From: Octopus vulgaris
Taxonomy: Eukaryota
Assembly: GCA_951406725.2 (NCBI GenBank)
Contig: OX597832.1
Location: 19,902,001-19,966,000 of the forward strand
Direction of reading: 5' to 3'
DNA: 64,000 nt
Shown piece after piece: positions 30,861 through 46,717 of the stretch (position 1 is its first letter; each line of letters begins with the position of its first letter). Below the pieces are notes generated by a model, which was given only the letters and a program-made list of their open reading frames with translations, had not been told where the DNA came from and did no database searches. The position numbers and the translations under genes were made by a program.

Positions 30861-31775
30861 CCACCGATGCAACAATTCATATCAATTAGAACTATGAAAA
30901 CATAAACCCTCAACTCCTTAGTTCTGACCCCTTTTTAATCCTTAACTAAAGTATAATCACTTTTGTCATCATAGTTGTTTAACGCCTGATTAGTTTATCA
31001 TTTTCAAGACGCTTGTATAATAACATTATATCATGTGCTCCTTTTTTATGTAAGGTGTGATTTGAGGTGATGGGGTGCTTATCTAATCGCACAATTAACC
31101 CCGTTATTGGTTAGTCTCCTTAAATCTCTATTACAGTTCTTAAATTTATGAAACTTAATATTGGCCCTATCAGGGTATTGCCATATTTTTTGGTTCTTAT
31201 GGTAGATATTCTTGGTGATGTTTATTATGCCTTTGTTATAATTTACGTATGTTTACACCCCATATCAGGGAGTATCCAGATTGGAGAAGGTCTTTATCTT
31301 TGATGAAAGAACTTCCTGAGATCCCAGTAATGACGATCCATTACTTTTATATATTCAGGACTTTATATTCCAATGTGTCCTTCCTTTATGTTTTGTTCAC
31401 CTGAATACAGAATAAAGAATTTGGCTGCTATTTTTAGCATGCTAAAAATTCTAAATACGCTCAACCATACACTCTCATCGTAATATGTTTCTCTAAAACA
31501 ATAAGTAAAACTAACTTTCAAAATGTTAACAACAGAGTGACCCCTATTGATGAGGGCGATCGGTAATGGTCACTCTTGCAGCTTCGAAAGTCAGCTAAGT
31601 TACCTTAAATCTCAGACCATTGCAGTATTATATAAAATTGAAATTTCAGTGTTTTAAGCTCGATTCCCGACGCAAGTAATAACATTGCATTATATGCAAG
31701 GTTTGCGAATTTTTTACTATCCGACCTACATTTGTTGTTGAATGCAATGGTAACTCCATCATTTTACCCATATTA

Positions 31776-32015
31776 TGTGAAGGCGCGTAGCTTAATGGTT
31801 AGAGTGTTACACTGATGATCATAACACTGTAGTTTCAATTGCTGGACTGGTCGATGCGTTGTGTCCTTCATTCCATGCTTCTACTGTCCACACAGCTGGC
31901 AAAATGAGTAAGTATGAGTAATTCTGCCACAGACCGGTATCCTGTCCACAGATTGGGAGCAGATATATACGCCATAGTTTCTAGGAAAGACGTTCTGAGA
32001 GCCTAAGGCTAGGTA
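31776..32015 (+). mobile_element. SINE family D, old diverged copy
   Basis: GTGAAGGCGCGTAGCTTAATGGTTAGAGTG..CAGCTGGCAAAATGAGTAA..GAGCCTAAGGCTAGG is collinear with 55601-55850. Confidence 0.8.
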
Positions 32016-32766
32016 AAGAATTTTAATCCTATATTGACCTACATTATATTGGAGCAAATGAGGTCGAATCTATGATGACACCTACACTCTGCAGGAAATA
32101 AGAACCAAATTAACCTCAGACCAAATCTTTCTACTGCGATAGGGTGAAGGATATGTTCATATGAAGAATGTCTTTGACCATTAGTCGTGTAGGTGGTGTT
32201 ATTAGGGTAAAGATATAACGACGTTGAAAATAGCAACCAAATCTCCCTCACCCTTCCTCGAATCTTATTCTGGGGTCTATAAAATAGCTCAGATTGGTCA
32301 GTGTAGTCTGTGTTAAAAACGCTGCAACATAGGTGGTCACGGTTGGAATAATTTCAAGATATATCAGCTAGATCAGTACTGATAAACCGATAATAAGCAA
32401 CAGTAGAATAAGAAAATATTGAAGTGAGATACTTAACTTACTCCCCGCTCTCTCTTTTTCTCCCTTTCATATATTAAATTATATTACATTATATTATATT
32501 ATATTATATTATATCATATCTGTATATAATTTACAGGAAAAAAAAAAATGACAGAAGAGAAAAACATAGACGAAAAAGAGAATTAGAACAGTTTTGAAAA
32601 ATTTTGCAAGTGAAGCTGAGGTTAACTATGTCTTATCGTCAAGAGGCATAAATACGAGGTATGGATTTAACAAGAAAAGCAAAACAAAGAAAACAAGGAA
32701 GAAAAATCTATTAACTTCAAGCGCAAAATATATATATATATATATATATACATATGTATATATGTA

Positions 32767-32826
<60 letters not shown>

Positions 32827-33122
32827 AAAAATCACCAGGAATATATTTTACCTATATACATATGTTTGTATGTGTGTATGTATGTGTGTGTGTATGTGTG
32901 TGTGTGTGTGTTTGTGTGTGTATACTAATATATTTACGCATGCACAGAAACACATACGTGTGCTGGTACACACACACAAATATACAAACATTCACAAATA
33001 CAAACACACACACACACACACACATATATATACATATATTGTACCATATGCAAGTCGGAGAGAGACACTCAGAAATGCACATACACACGTTAAAATGCCC
33101 GACTTGGTATTAAGTTACACGA

Positions 33123-33143
33123 AGTAGTAGTAGTAGCAGCGGC

Positions 33144-33208
<65 letters not shown>

Positions 33209-33217
33209 AAGTAGTAC

Positions 33218-33270
<53 letters not shown>
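33123..33270. repeat. (AGT)n microsatellite
   Basis: Directly visible. Confidence 0.95.
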
Positions 33271-34228
33271 AGCAGCATCAGTAGCTGTTTATGGTGGTGG
33301 TGGTGGCGGCGGTGTGATGACGGGGGAGGGGGGGACGTGGTGATGGTTTGTTTACCATTGCAATATATCTAATATTAAAGAATGTCAAATCAACCAGTAC
33401 TAGTTTCATGCCACGGCAGTGCACACGACTTGTATACAATTCTATTATACGCAGCATTCAACACTCTCATTAACGTTCTGTTCTCTCCCTGCTTTGTCTC
33501 TATTCTTTATTACTGTTTCTGATATTTCTCCCTCCTTCCTTCCCACTGTCTCCCTCTCTCTTTTTTCTCTGTCTCTGTCTCTGTCTCTCTCTTTCTCTGA
33601 CTCATGTCTCTGTTTCTCTCACTGGTACACTCGCTCTTTTATCTCTTTGCCTCTTTATCACGCAAATAAACATAACCATTCGTAATAGCAGTAAAAAGTG
33701 TGTGTATATATATATATAGATGTATTTATATGTATATGTTTGTATATGTGCGTATCCATAAATATATATATATATATGCACATGTGCACACGTAAATAAC
33801 CAGATACGCATGTATACATACATTTATACATACATAAATATATATATACATAATATATATATATATATATAAAACTAAACATACATATATACATTACATT
33901 GAAACTCACACACCTTATATTTATGTCCCATATATCACCGTATATACATTTATAATAAGGTATGCATATAATGTGTGTAAGTATGTGTACGTATATATAT
34001 ATAGAATACAAAATAAATTCAAAGATCACTGGAAAATTACATGTAATATATATATATATACGTATATTTATATGTATATATATATGTGTATGTGTGTGTG
34101 TGTGTGTGTATGTATGTTTACGTACGTGGGAAAGTAAATATGCATGTATATACGTACGTATCTATGTATACATATATGTATATACATGTGTGTGTGTCTG
34201 TGTATATAAATATGTATATTCATTCATT

Positions 34229-34322
<94 letters not shown>

Positions 34323-34983
34323 TTTATAAGTAAATATATATACAGACATATACTTAAGCATACATATGTTTCTGTGTGATAATGTCTATAGAAGTATGTA
34401 TATCTGTATGTATATAGAAGGTGTGAAAGAGTGGAGTGACATAGCAAAGGCATATTAAAGACTTGGAAAAATAAACAATTCTTCATAAACAATAAAATAT
34501 CTTTATGTAAACTTATTATACACACATTTAATATATTTATGAAAATATATATATATATATATAGTTCTTGATCATGTCATTATTGTTCTTATTCAAAAAC
34601 ACACATTATAATTATAATTTTTGATTTTTGTTGTGTTAGAAAAATACATTTTTTTTTTTTGATGTTGTGAAGTATTGTGATAAAAAAATATATACATTTA
34701 AATATATATATTTATGTATATTTATATATATATGATGAAAGAAATTCAAAATGCCGCTTTTCTTGAACACGCATTAAACTTACCTATGGTTGTCCATTTT
34801 CTAATAAAAATGTAAATAGTCAACTTCCTGACACGAAGTCACTAATTGAATCGATACATAATTCTCTATCTACATTTCTATATGCCTATTTCTAGCACTG
34901 ATTTCCCCAAGAAGATACGTGTGTATATATATATACACACATATGTATATATATATATATACACATATACATATAGGTACATA

Positions 34984-35015
<32 letters not shown>

Positions 35016-35129
35016 AATATATACATGCACATACGCATATGTATATATGCGTAGATATGCATTAAATAACACCAATAATTTTCAACACACATTCACACTG
35101 ACAAGGGGTGGGGTATATATACACAGATT

Positions 35130-35160
<31 letters not shown>

Positions 35161-35363
35161 ATATATATAATGATTGTGATATAGTCTGAAGTGTTAGTAT
35201 ACAATATTATTCATGTACGCATTTTTGTAAGCATACTCATATATTTATACATACATAACAAAATATGCAAAATTACACGTATATAAAAATATAAATTTGC
35301 ATATGTATAAATATATATATGTATATAAATATATATAAGAATATATATATATAAATAGATATC

Positions 35364-35454
<91 letters not shown>

Positions 35455-35757
35455 GTATGTATGTATGTATTTCTATATGTCAGTATGTTAGCAGCATACG
35501 TTGTTGACACATGTATTGTTGCTGATAATTCACGATGAACTTGCATAAGATTCCTCGTTGATTGCTGCTGTAAATCATTATTATGATGTTGATAATGATG
35601 ATGAGGTTAACGATGACCAGTTGTTTCGTTTTCGATGTGTCATTCCAGTTTATTTTCGCTTTCTGTCTTGTCTTCTGCTTTCTTCATTTTCCGACTGTAA
35701 ACATCCGACTCTACTTTCTTTTACTTCTCATACTTCAACAGTTCTTGATGCAGGAAT

Positions 35758-35869
<112 letters not shown>

Positions 35870-35870
35870 G

Positions 35871-35908
<38 letters not shown>

Positions 35909-36049
35909 CATATATATATATATACGTATATATACATATATATACATATATACATATATATATATAGATAAATATATGTACATACATATATATGTATATG
36001 TATGTATATATCTATGTATACTTGTATGCATATATATATACATATATTA

Positions 36050-36082
<33 letters not shown>

Positions 36083-36493
36083 TATCTGTGTGTGTGTATG
36101 TATGTATGTATATACATGGCGTAGTCGAAATAGGATATTTCTCGTTCTTTTACCTTCTTCGGTTTTTTTCTTCTCAATTTTCATTCCTTTTTTTTATGTA
36201 AAAATTTCATCCGTTATCTTATCTTTCTCTCGTTCTCCGTTGATTTTTGTTTTCTGTTTGTGTGTGTGTGTGTGTGGGTGTTTCTTTTTCTCAAAACAGG
36301 TGACAACGTCGAAACTGGTTGTTATTTCATCTCCGACAAACGTAATAATAATAATAATAATAATGATAATAATATGTCCGTAAAATTTTTCGAGGGTAGT
36401 GAAGATCGTTAGATATTAATGGAACTGGTAGATCTGTCATAATTTTTTTCTTTTCTCTTTGATATTATCGTCTGCAGTTTTGTTTTTGATCTC

Positions 36494-36549
<56 letters not shown>

Positions 36550-36849
36550 TATAATGCGTTATCAGCATTTTCCTCATCTGTTTCGTCATATTTATTTTTC
36601 GGACATTTTTAAGTGCTGAATATTCGATCTTCCTGGTGGATTTTTTAAAATTCTTTTTTTTTTCCATTTACTTGTTATGGTTCTTTTCCGCTGGTGCCGT
36701 TCCATCCGTTAATCAGTATTCTTGTTCTTCCTGTTATGTTGTGATTCTTCATCGTTTTCAGGTAGAAATTAATAATAAACAAAAACGAAAGAAAAAGAAA
36801 CAAAATATAAAAAAAACAAAATTAGGGTCAAATCAGCACTTATACCTGG

Positions 36850-36914
<65 letters not shown>

Positions 36915-37098
36915 TGTATAGGAACTGCTACCTGTCACACACACTCTGACGTCTATATACCCTCCCCCGTTGCTATAAACTATTTATGTATCCATCTATC
37001 TATATATGTATATATATATATATTTACACACATATATATATATATACACATATGACTATGTCCACCCCAACTACCTACGTATGTATATATGTATGTAC

Positions 37099-37156
<58 letters not shown>

Positions 37157-37747
37157 GTGCAAACATATATAATACATATATGTGGACTCGTTAGAGCCAG
37201 GAATTGTAGCTTTCACCTAATTTTTGTCGGTGTTTCTCCGACCAAAAGACCCTGTCTTATGAAACACTGTGGTTTCCCCAACAGCCTAACTATCAATAAG
37301 CTTGATTTTTCCTTAGCAAAAATACTGATGGTTCTCCAGTGATACAATATCTAACCGTGTAAGAAAAGCGGCTTTCAAATTTCAAACAATATATTTTCTA
37401 GGCCCAGATAATAGAGCTAAATTCTTTTCAGGCCTTTCAATACAGCTGAATATAGATTTTCACATACGGGACAATAGCGTTGTAGTGTATTTCAATGCGT
37501 ATGTCTTTCTGCTACTACTTCTATATTCTTTCCCTCTCACTTCCTCTCTCCCCTCTCCTTTTTTTCTATCTCACTCTCTCTCACTTACCCTCTTTCACTG
37601 CCGCTCCGCGCTCTCCCACTCCATCTCTCCCTTTCCACTTCTGCTCATTCATACTCACAATTGCTCTGTCTTTCTCCACTCTCTCTCTCTTTTCTTCTTT
37701 CTTTCTTTCATTCTCTTACTTCCTCTTTCTCTCTCGTCCTCTCTTTA

Positions 37748-37794
<47 letters not shown>

Positions 37795-38439
37795 ATATAT
37801 ATATGTATATATATATATATGTATATATATATATTTATGTATGTAAATATACATATATATAGTTGTGTGTATGTTTCTAGATCGAGTTATCTGCACTTGT
37901 ATATATATATATATGCATATGCATATAGCTATATATATGTATACGTGTGTATGTTTACTATATGTTGTGTGTGCACAGTCGCAGACAAAATTTGCGTATT
38001 AATTTCTGCGACTGTGATTATGCGTGTATATGTACATGTGCATATACATCTATTTGGCTGAATATGCGTGTGTAAGAGGAAGAAAAGAGGAGAGAGAAAG
38101 AGAGAAGAAGACAGAAAAAGAGAGAAAGAAGGAGGGAGGGATAGAGCGACGGAGTGAGGAAAAGGATGTGGTTGTTCATATTTGTATGTGTGCGCATGCG
38201 TTTGTGGATTTTTATTGAGTGTCAATGTATTTGGATTATTGTCTATGTAAATTCGTATGTCAATGTGCGTGTGTATATGCGCGCGTCTATATATGAGTTC
38301 GTCCATTCATATGCTTGTGTCCGTGCGCGCTGGTGTATGTGTATGCGTGTATGCATGTGAGTGTATGTAAGTGACTTTCTGTGTATGCGTTTGTGTTTGT
38401 GTGTGTGTGTATATGTGTGAGCGGAATTCTAAATGTGTT

Positions 38440-39530
38440 GGAGGAGGAAGAGGAAAAGTAGGAGGAAAGAGGGACAGGAAGTGTAGGAGTAGGAGTAGGA
38501 GGGAGGCTAAGTGAAAGTTGAAGAGGGGGAGAAGGGAGAGGAAAGGGGAAAGAAATGACAGAGCAAGAGAGGGGGGGAATCTATAATAGATATTTTTGAA
38601 AAAAAAAAAATTTTTGCTGAAAGAGAAAATGAGATAGAGAAAGAGTTAAGAGAGGGATAGAGTTAGTGAGAGAGAGAGAGAGAGAGGGATAGAGAGAGAT
38701 AAAGAGAGTGAGGCTGAGGAAGAGGGTGAGAATGTTTGTAAAGGTGTATGGAGAGTGGGAGTAGAGAGAAATAGTTTGAGTGATATAATAGATACAGAAG
38801 AAAAGATAACAAGGAGGATACCGAAATGATATAGAAATTTATAAGGAGACAGAAAGCTCGGATAGGATATCAGGAGAATAGACATACAACAGAGGGGGGT
38901 GAGGGTGATGGTGGGAGGAAGAGATAGAGTGTGTGAGAGAATGATAATGAGAAAGAGAGGGGGGTGGGGGGTGTTTCGGAGTGAAAGAGAAGGGGAGACA
39001 AACAGACAGAGCGAACCGATGGACAATGGGTGTAAAATAGACAGACGATTGAGTGAATGAGAGACAAGTTTAGTTGATGATAGGGAAATGAAAATGAATG
39101 AGTGTTTGGGAAAGGAAAGAGAGAGAGAACAAAATGAGAAAAGAGAGAGTGAAAGAGAGGGAGAGATATACTGGGTATGATACGGAGAGAGGGAGAGAGA
39201 GAGAGAGAGAGAGAGAGATAATGGCTGATAAGGAGAAAGAAACGTAGATAGCTATGTGGAGGTCGAAAAGAGATATTGACAGAAAAGCGGAGAGGAATAG
39301 AGAGATAGATATGAGGAGGAGAAGCAGGAGGAGGAGGAACAGGATAGAGAGAAGGGGGGGAGAGAAAGGTGTGCGGGATGCGAGGGGTGAGAAGATAATG
39401 TACAGACGGACTAGAAGAGAGTGTGTAGAGAAGATGTAGAAATAGAAACAAAATTGAAAAAGTGTATAGAATAATATGGAGTGATAAAGATATACAGACA
39501 GAGAAATATATCCATGGAAAGTGATGGAGC
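38440..39530. repeat. 1.1-kb GA-rich low-complexity tract
   Basis: Strong purine bias on the + strand. Confidence 0.85.
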
Positions 39531-39546
39531 GACAAGCAGACAGACA

Positions 39547-39586
<40 letters not shown>

Positions 39587-39671
39587 TGCATAAGTATACA
39601 TACATATATACTGGCATATATATATATGTGCATTTGTGTGTGAGTGTATGTATATATTGTATCTGTGTGAG

Positions 39672-39705
<34 letters not shown>

Positions 39706-39751
<46 letters not shown>

Positions 39752-39882
39752 TATAGATAGACAGACAGACAGACAGACAGGCAGACAGACATACAGACAG
39801 ATAGATAGATAGATAGGTAGACAGACAGACAGATAGACAGACAGACAGACAGACAGATAGATAGACATATAGACAGACAGAC

Positions 39883-39944
<62 letters not shown>

Positions 39945-40050
39945 GCAGACAGACATACAGACAGATAGATAGATAGATAGATAGGTAGACAGACAGACAG
40001 ACAGATAGACAGACAGACAGACAGATAGACAGACATATAGACAGACAGAC

Positions 40051-40117
<67 letters not shown>

Positions 40118-40118
40118 C

Positions 40119-40149
<31 letters not shown>

Positions 40150-40150
40150 C
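39706..40150. repeat. (AGAT/AGAC)n compound microsatellite with a ~164-bp higher-order duplication
   Basis: The variant pattern GGCA..CATA..GGTA..CATATA recurs at 39780 and 39944. Confidence 0.9.
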
Positions 40151-41204
40151 GGACAGTATATGGATGTATAGTGAGAGACAAAGATGCATACACATGTATA
40201 TGTATGTGAAAGTAGACATACATACACACACATATGTATATGTGTGTGTACTCAAACGTACACATTTTCATACATACATACAAACAAACATACATACATA
40301 AATACATACATACATACATACATATACATGTATATATAGATGGAGGAAAGGGTTAAGAGAGGAGAGAAAGATTGCAGTTGTGAACAGTGATGTTTATTGT
40401 TAGTGTTAGTAATAAAGGATTAGATTGTGAATGCTTTGACAATTGTAAAGGTGGAGCTGGTGTTGGCGATGGGGTACGTGGCGATGTTGCTTTTGGAAAC
40501 GGTGGTGGTTTTTAGTTAGGCTAGAGATGGAAGCGTTGGTCACAGTTATCCATGTGAAGAAGGGTGGAGGAAGAATTGTAAAAAGTAAATGGTTATGTAG
40601 GTTGGGATGGTTTTGGCGTCAGCGATGGTGTTGGTTTTGTTGTTGGTGTTGTTGCTGGTGGTGGTGGTTGTGGTGGTGGTGGTGGTGTTGATTGCGATGG
40701 CTATGCAGGTCATTGTGAGGTGTTGAGATGGTCGGGATGATAATGAGGATGATGATGGCGTTGCAGGCACGGCGGTGACAATGGTAAGAATGATGACAAC
40801 AAGGATATATAAATATGTGTGTGAATGTATGTATATATACACAAATATATCATATATATATACGTGTGTGTATGTATAATATATATATATATACATACAT
40901 GTATATATGTAAAGATATATATGCATATATACATACAAAAAAATATATATATAAACATATATATATATATACATTCGTACATATATGTATATATATCTAT
41001 ATCTATATCTATATATATATCTATATCGATATATATATATATATATGCATATATATATATGTGTGTATGTGTGTGTGTATATATATATGTATATATATTT
41101 ACACATACGTACTTATATGTATATATACATATATACATAGACATATATATATATATACGTGTTTGTATGTATGTATGTATGTTGGTATTAGTATCTCCGT
41201 TTAT

Positions 41205-41253
<49 letters not shown>

Positions 41254-41737
41254 AACGCACACATATTGGTATGCATATATATGTATATATATATGTACAT
41301 ATACATATGCATATTTTCCTTATGAATATTTCAACACAGACACACAAAAATAGGCATATATACATTCTTATTCACAGCAACAAACACTAAAACAAACACG
41401 TCACGTGCCAAACTTATTATATTCCTCATTCTTTCATCGTTTCTCGTTTCTTTTTTTTTTCCTTTCTTTTCTTTCATTCTATATTCCTTCTTCTTCTTCT
41501 TCCCTGTATGTCTTTCTTTCCTTGTGTTGGAGGATATATCGAGTGGAAGGAGTATCGCAAAATATATAGCAGAAACAACAACAATACGAATAACAATAAC
41601 AATAATAATAATAATAATAATAATAATGACAATAATGTGAATAATACAATGAAAATCAACAAAATAATATAAGACGAATATTTAACAAAAGAATAATAAG
41701 CTAAAATATAAAATATTGCAAAAATTATAAAATGAAA

Positions 41738-41774
<37 letters not shown>

Positions 41775-41955
41775 GGCAAAACTACGTTTCTTTTGTAATA
41801 CAATAATTTCTAACAGAGGCAGATATAAAATTTAATGCAAAATTTTGAACGGGTCGGGGAGGAGGCGATTGGAATTATTATGATCCACGCCATCTTAGTA
41901 TTCCAATAATACTCCATTTCCACATACGTATACAAATATGAATATATACATACAA

Positions 41956-42033
<78 letters not shown>

Positions 42034-42418
42034 GTAAGTATGTATGTATGTGTTTATATATATATATATATGTATATATATAAATGCACTTATAATCAGA
42101 TATGTACAAACACACATGTTTTCACGTATTCATTACATACACACGTATACATACATGTGTGTGTACGTGCGCACTGTGTTCGAATGTGTACAGAATAATG
42201 TCGTATAAGGGTATATTAAATATAATATAATATAATTCTTGCATTGATGCAATGATCTCTGTTTTAGAGAAAGTAAAAAGAAAATCGCAGAGGAACATAC
42301 GACAATCTCAGAAATCAAGAAATTGTTCTTTATTTTGGCTTTATGGAACCAACATTCATTGTCTGAAGATAAGTGTACAGACACGGTTTGCCTACCTTAT
42401 CTTCTGTAGACGATAAGT

Positions 42419-42419
<1 letters not shown>

Positions 42420-42480
<61 letters not shown>

Positions 42481-42504
42481 GTAGTAGTAAAAGTAGTAGT
42501 AGTA
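42420..42504. repeat. (AGT)n microsatellite
   Basis: Directly visible. Confidence 0.95.
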
Positions 42505-42617
42505 TCGGGGCATGCGCTGTTTTCCATTTCTCGTTTGCACAACTCAAGCGACATACCTTCAACCAATGGCTCGATTTGGGCTGTCGTTGAGTGTAGGAAT
42601 TTTACGAGATCGGAGTG

Positions 42618-42830
42618 AAAATTGAAACCTCGCTCATTCTCATTTAGTCGTCTTTTACGCCACGCAGAGGTCACGTTAGGTCAATTCTTTTGATATGTCG
42701 GTCTCTATACAGCTATTGAGAAACGTAAAATGAAATGTTTTCTTTCTTTCTCAAGAACTCAACACGCCTCCCGGTCCAGGAATCGAACACACGTTTGCCA
42801 GATCGTGAATGAAATATTGTGACAATTAGG
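42618..42830 (-). repeat. Left arm of inverted duplication (includes decayed family D SINE head)
   Basis: Reverse complement of 46718-46925; 42618-42714 is identical over 97 bp. Confidence 0.93.
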
Positions 42831-43369
42831 CAACGCACCTACACCAGGGACACGTATTGGGGGAAAATAATGTTAAAACGGTCATGACACAGAATTTGCA
42901 TAAATGAAAGAATAAGAACAGCCAAGGGGAATAATTCACTGACCATTGATAAGTATATGAACAACGAAAATGGAAAATGGTGCATCACGTAACATACGAA
43001 ATATATTCTCTAATTCAAGACAAGACAGTACAGCCGAGTGCGACTCCACTGATATTAACGAATGAAAAGTTACGTAACGGTGAAAGGATTTAATTAGGTC
43101 TCTACATTAGTATGTTACTTTTGGGTTCCCCCAGCACGTGTTCGATCATATTTCAATTTTATACGTTCCTTTACAGGTTATTACCCGTTGCTTTCTTTTA
43201 CTTTTTGTATGTTTTTTTTTTCTTGCCTTGCTCTTATACGTCACAAATATGTGCCTACGTGTGCATGGGGGACACACAAATAAACTGATTTATTGCGAGA
43301 TAGGTCAAGAAATAGATCGATAGATACAGATATATAGATAACTGATAATAAAGACACGTGACGAAGATA

Positions 43370-43502
<133 letters not shown>

Positions 43503-43521
43503 GTATCTATCTATCTATCTA

Positions 43522-43559
<38 letters not shown>

Positions 43560-43606
43560 CTGGTCACATGCGTCTCTATTTCCATACACATATATACACA
43601 CATGTA

Positions 43607-43649
<43 letters not shown>

Positions 43650-44239
43650 TCTCAAAGACACACACACACACATAATAGTATACTTTTTTTTTTTTTTTTG
43701 TGTTATTTCCAGATCGTATCACTCCTATCTTTCATTCATTCACCGTTTCGATATTTTCTGTTGCTTTATACAATTATTTTTTTCATTCTTTCATTTACCC
43801 AATTATTTTATTCATTAATAATTTAATTCCCTCATTCTTTCATTCTCTAACGATTTCATTCAATCACTCAGGTGTTACTGGTGCAATCTGTAATTTATTC
43901 ATTAACGCGTTTTAATTTATACATTGAATAAATACATTTTCACTTATTCGTTGTTTTATTTTTTATTAATTAATCATATTGATTCCTTTAATTATATATT
44001 GTTTCATTTTTTACCCCACTAATATTCTTCTTATTTTAATTGCTTTTTTTATTTTAAATTACGTTTTCTTATGTCCTTTTGCAATTTCATTTTATAACGA
44101 TGGAAATTATTTTCGTTCCGTTAATTCGTTAATATTTGTTTTCATTTGCTTAATCAAGAGAAAGAAGTAATAACTATGGTTTTGGTTAGCCCTTCTTGAC
44201 GAAAACTCCCGATTCCCTTAATTGTACTGTAAGGGTGTT

Positions 44240-44480
44240 GCAAGTTCACGTTTACAGAAATGACACGAGCAGCGAGAAGAATCCAGAGAGTTGACCTTGT
44301 ATGGTGCAAGAGTTGAGTTTAGAAGGGCTTCACCTAAGATTCGCGAGGAAAATGATAGCGGCTAGCAAAGCAAGAATTCCTGAAGAAAGGTGGCTCCAGT
44401 TCGGTCACATCAAAGGTACAGCGGCCATTACAGTATCTGAACGGAAAGCAGAGAGAGGAGACATCATGTCTCAGTGACAA
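44240..44480 (+). pseudogene. Decayed RTE-type LINE ORF C-terminal fragment
   Basis: Frameshifted peptides TEMTRAARRIQRV and ARIPEERWLQFGHIKG resemble the RTE motifs EMRMLRxxxGV and RLRWFGHVxR. Confidence 0.45.
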
Positions 44481-44540
44481 GTGTCTGACAGAATCTCTAA
44501 GACACGTCATAACAATGAGTCACGTCATATTTCTTTGTCA

Positions 44541-44998
44541 TTCATTCGGTTGTATATGATGCTTTTAAATTCATTTTCTCAATAAATTCAGCTCTTTCTC
44601 TTCTTCGATTTCATTCTTTTTTTAAAAGTAAACCTTTTTTTATTATTCTTTCATTCACTTAAATTTTTGACCAATCATCAACTCACTCATTTCATTTGCA
44701 AATTTATCCTTTGAATGAAATTTTTCCTTCTTATCTTTTCATTCATCTTGGTAATCTTTCATTTACAAGTTCATTCGATTGTATATGATGCTTTTAAATT
44801 CATTTTCTCAATAAATTCAGCTCTTTCTCTTCTTCGATTTCATTCTTTTTTTTTAAAGTAAACCTTTTTTATTATTCTTTCATTCACTTAATTTTTTGAC
44901 CAATCATCGACTCACTCATTTCATTTGCAAATTTATCCTTTGAATGAAATTTTTCCTTCTTATCTTTTCATTCATCTTGGTAATCTTTCATTTACAAT
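44541..44998. repeat. Tandem duplication, 2 x ~229 bp
   Basis: Units start at 44541 and 44770 with only a few differences; TTCAT at the junctions. Confidence 0.93.
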
Positions 44999-45590
44999 TT
45001 CATCTATACTTTCATTCCATACTTTCGTTCGTTACATATGTAAAATATAAATTTATACAGTCGCTCATTCACTCGTTCATAATGATTCTATTCTTCATCA
45101 GTCATCGATTTTTACTCTATTTGTGATCCATTCAATCATTCTTTTTCTCCTTTCCCTCTCTAGTGGTCATTCCTACAATCGATACACTTCCCAAATATTA
45201 ATTCATTCAGGCTGGTGAAGGAAGCGTTGGTCATAGCTAAGATTTCTAAGATTCTCTGTAACCGTCCATCATTTCATTCCATCTTCAACCATATTCAACT
45301 TTTACTCCTACTTTTTCTCTTTCGTCTCTCAACTAGTCCCTGATATATGCATCTACATAGATGTTCTTTCTTCTTTTTAAGCGCACGAATATTCCTATAC
45401 TTTTCTCGAGGATTATATTGCCCCGTAGAATATCATCCCATAAGCTGGTTTCTCAACTTCATCTTTCCCATGCGCCATTTATATTACTATTATTTATTTC
45501 TCATCCACTTTCTGCTGGACCTTTTCTTCCTTTCTATTCTGAGGAAGGATTAACACCAGAAAAGTTGATAACTTTTAATAAAATTTGATA

Positions 45591-46000
45591 GGCGCAGGAG
45601 TGGCTGTGTGGTAAGTAGCTTGCTAACCAACCACATGGTTCCGGGTTCAGTCCCACTGCGTGGCATCTTCGGCAAGTGTCTTCTGCTATAGCCCCGGGCT
45701 GACCAATGCCTTGTGAGTGGATTTGGTAGACGGAAACTGAAAGAAGCCTGTCGTATATATGTATATATATATAGGTGTGTATATATATGTTTGTGTGTCT
45801 GTGTTTGTCCCCCTAGTATTGCTTGACAACCGATGCTGGTGTGTTTACGTCCCCGTCACTTATCGGTTCGGCAAAAGAGACCGATAGAATAAGTACTGGG
45901 CTTACAAAGAATAAGTCCCGGGGTCGATTTGCTCGACTAAAAGGCGGTGCACCAGCATGGCCGCAGTCAAATGACTGGAACAAGTAAAAGAGTAAAAGAG
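45591..46000 (+). mobile_element. SINE family B, best-preserved copy
   Basis: tRNA-like head GGCGCAGGAGTGGCTGTGTGGTAAG..GGGTTCAGTCCC, internal microsatellite, (GTAAAAGA)n tail; five homologues in the window. Confidence 0.93.
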
Positions 46001-46717
46001 AGAGTAATTCTCGTCCCCTCTCCGAAGCATTAAACTTATTCTTCCTGTGTGATTCCGCTAAAAGTTTGTGTCCATATGTGCACATGCGTGTATGGGAATA
46101 TACGTTTGTGTTTATCTTCTAGTGGTTGTTTGTAAGCATGTAAGAGCATCTATATTTGTACATATGCACATATGTTTATGTGTAAATGCGTGTGTATGGG
46201 GGATGGGGTTGATGTCATAATTTAAATGGTGCACGAACTCCCGAACAACACTACATTGTTTGAAGGCTAAATGTTGAAATGCTGAAGCTTAATGTGGCAC
46301 GATTTACATCATCCACTTGCTAGACCTGAAGGTTTCGTGTTAGTGAAATTAAGTTTGACTCCATTCATCAGATAAATTCTTTGCTGTTTGCATATACGTG
46401 TAATATTGGGGACAGTACGCCTATAGAACTGCCTGCGTATTTCAGTTTGCCTTATATGTAACAGCCTCAAATTTAACTTTATGCAGTTGTAAGACAAGAG
46501 TTTATTGATAATCCTTTATTGTTGTATAGAAAAATAAATTAAATATGCAAGCCATCCCTTCACACACAACTACAGACATACACGCACGCTCACAAAAACT
46601 CACACGCACGTACACACGCAACCCTACTCCACAGATATATAGTTGTATACACAGGGAAATAGCTTCTTTCGAATGTAATGGATTTGAAACTGCTCTGTGA
46701 AACACACTGAAAAGCAT

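Noticed and set aside
35696-35712. TGTAAACATCC, matching the 5' end of miR-30
   Set aside because: Only 11 nt match, no hairpin partner arm, and miR-30 is a vertebrate family.
39070-40319. Longest ORFs (387, 302 and 235 aa)
   Set aside because: Translations of (CTAT/CTGT)n and CT-rich repeats; open in several frames with no domain.
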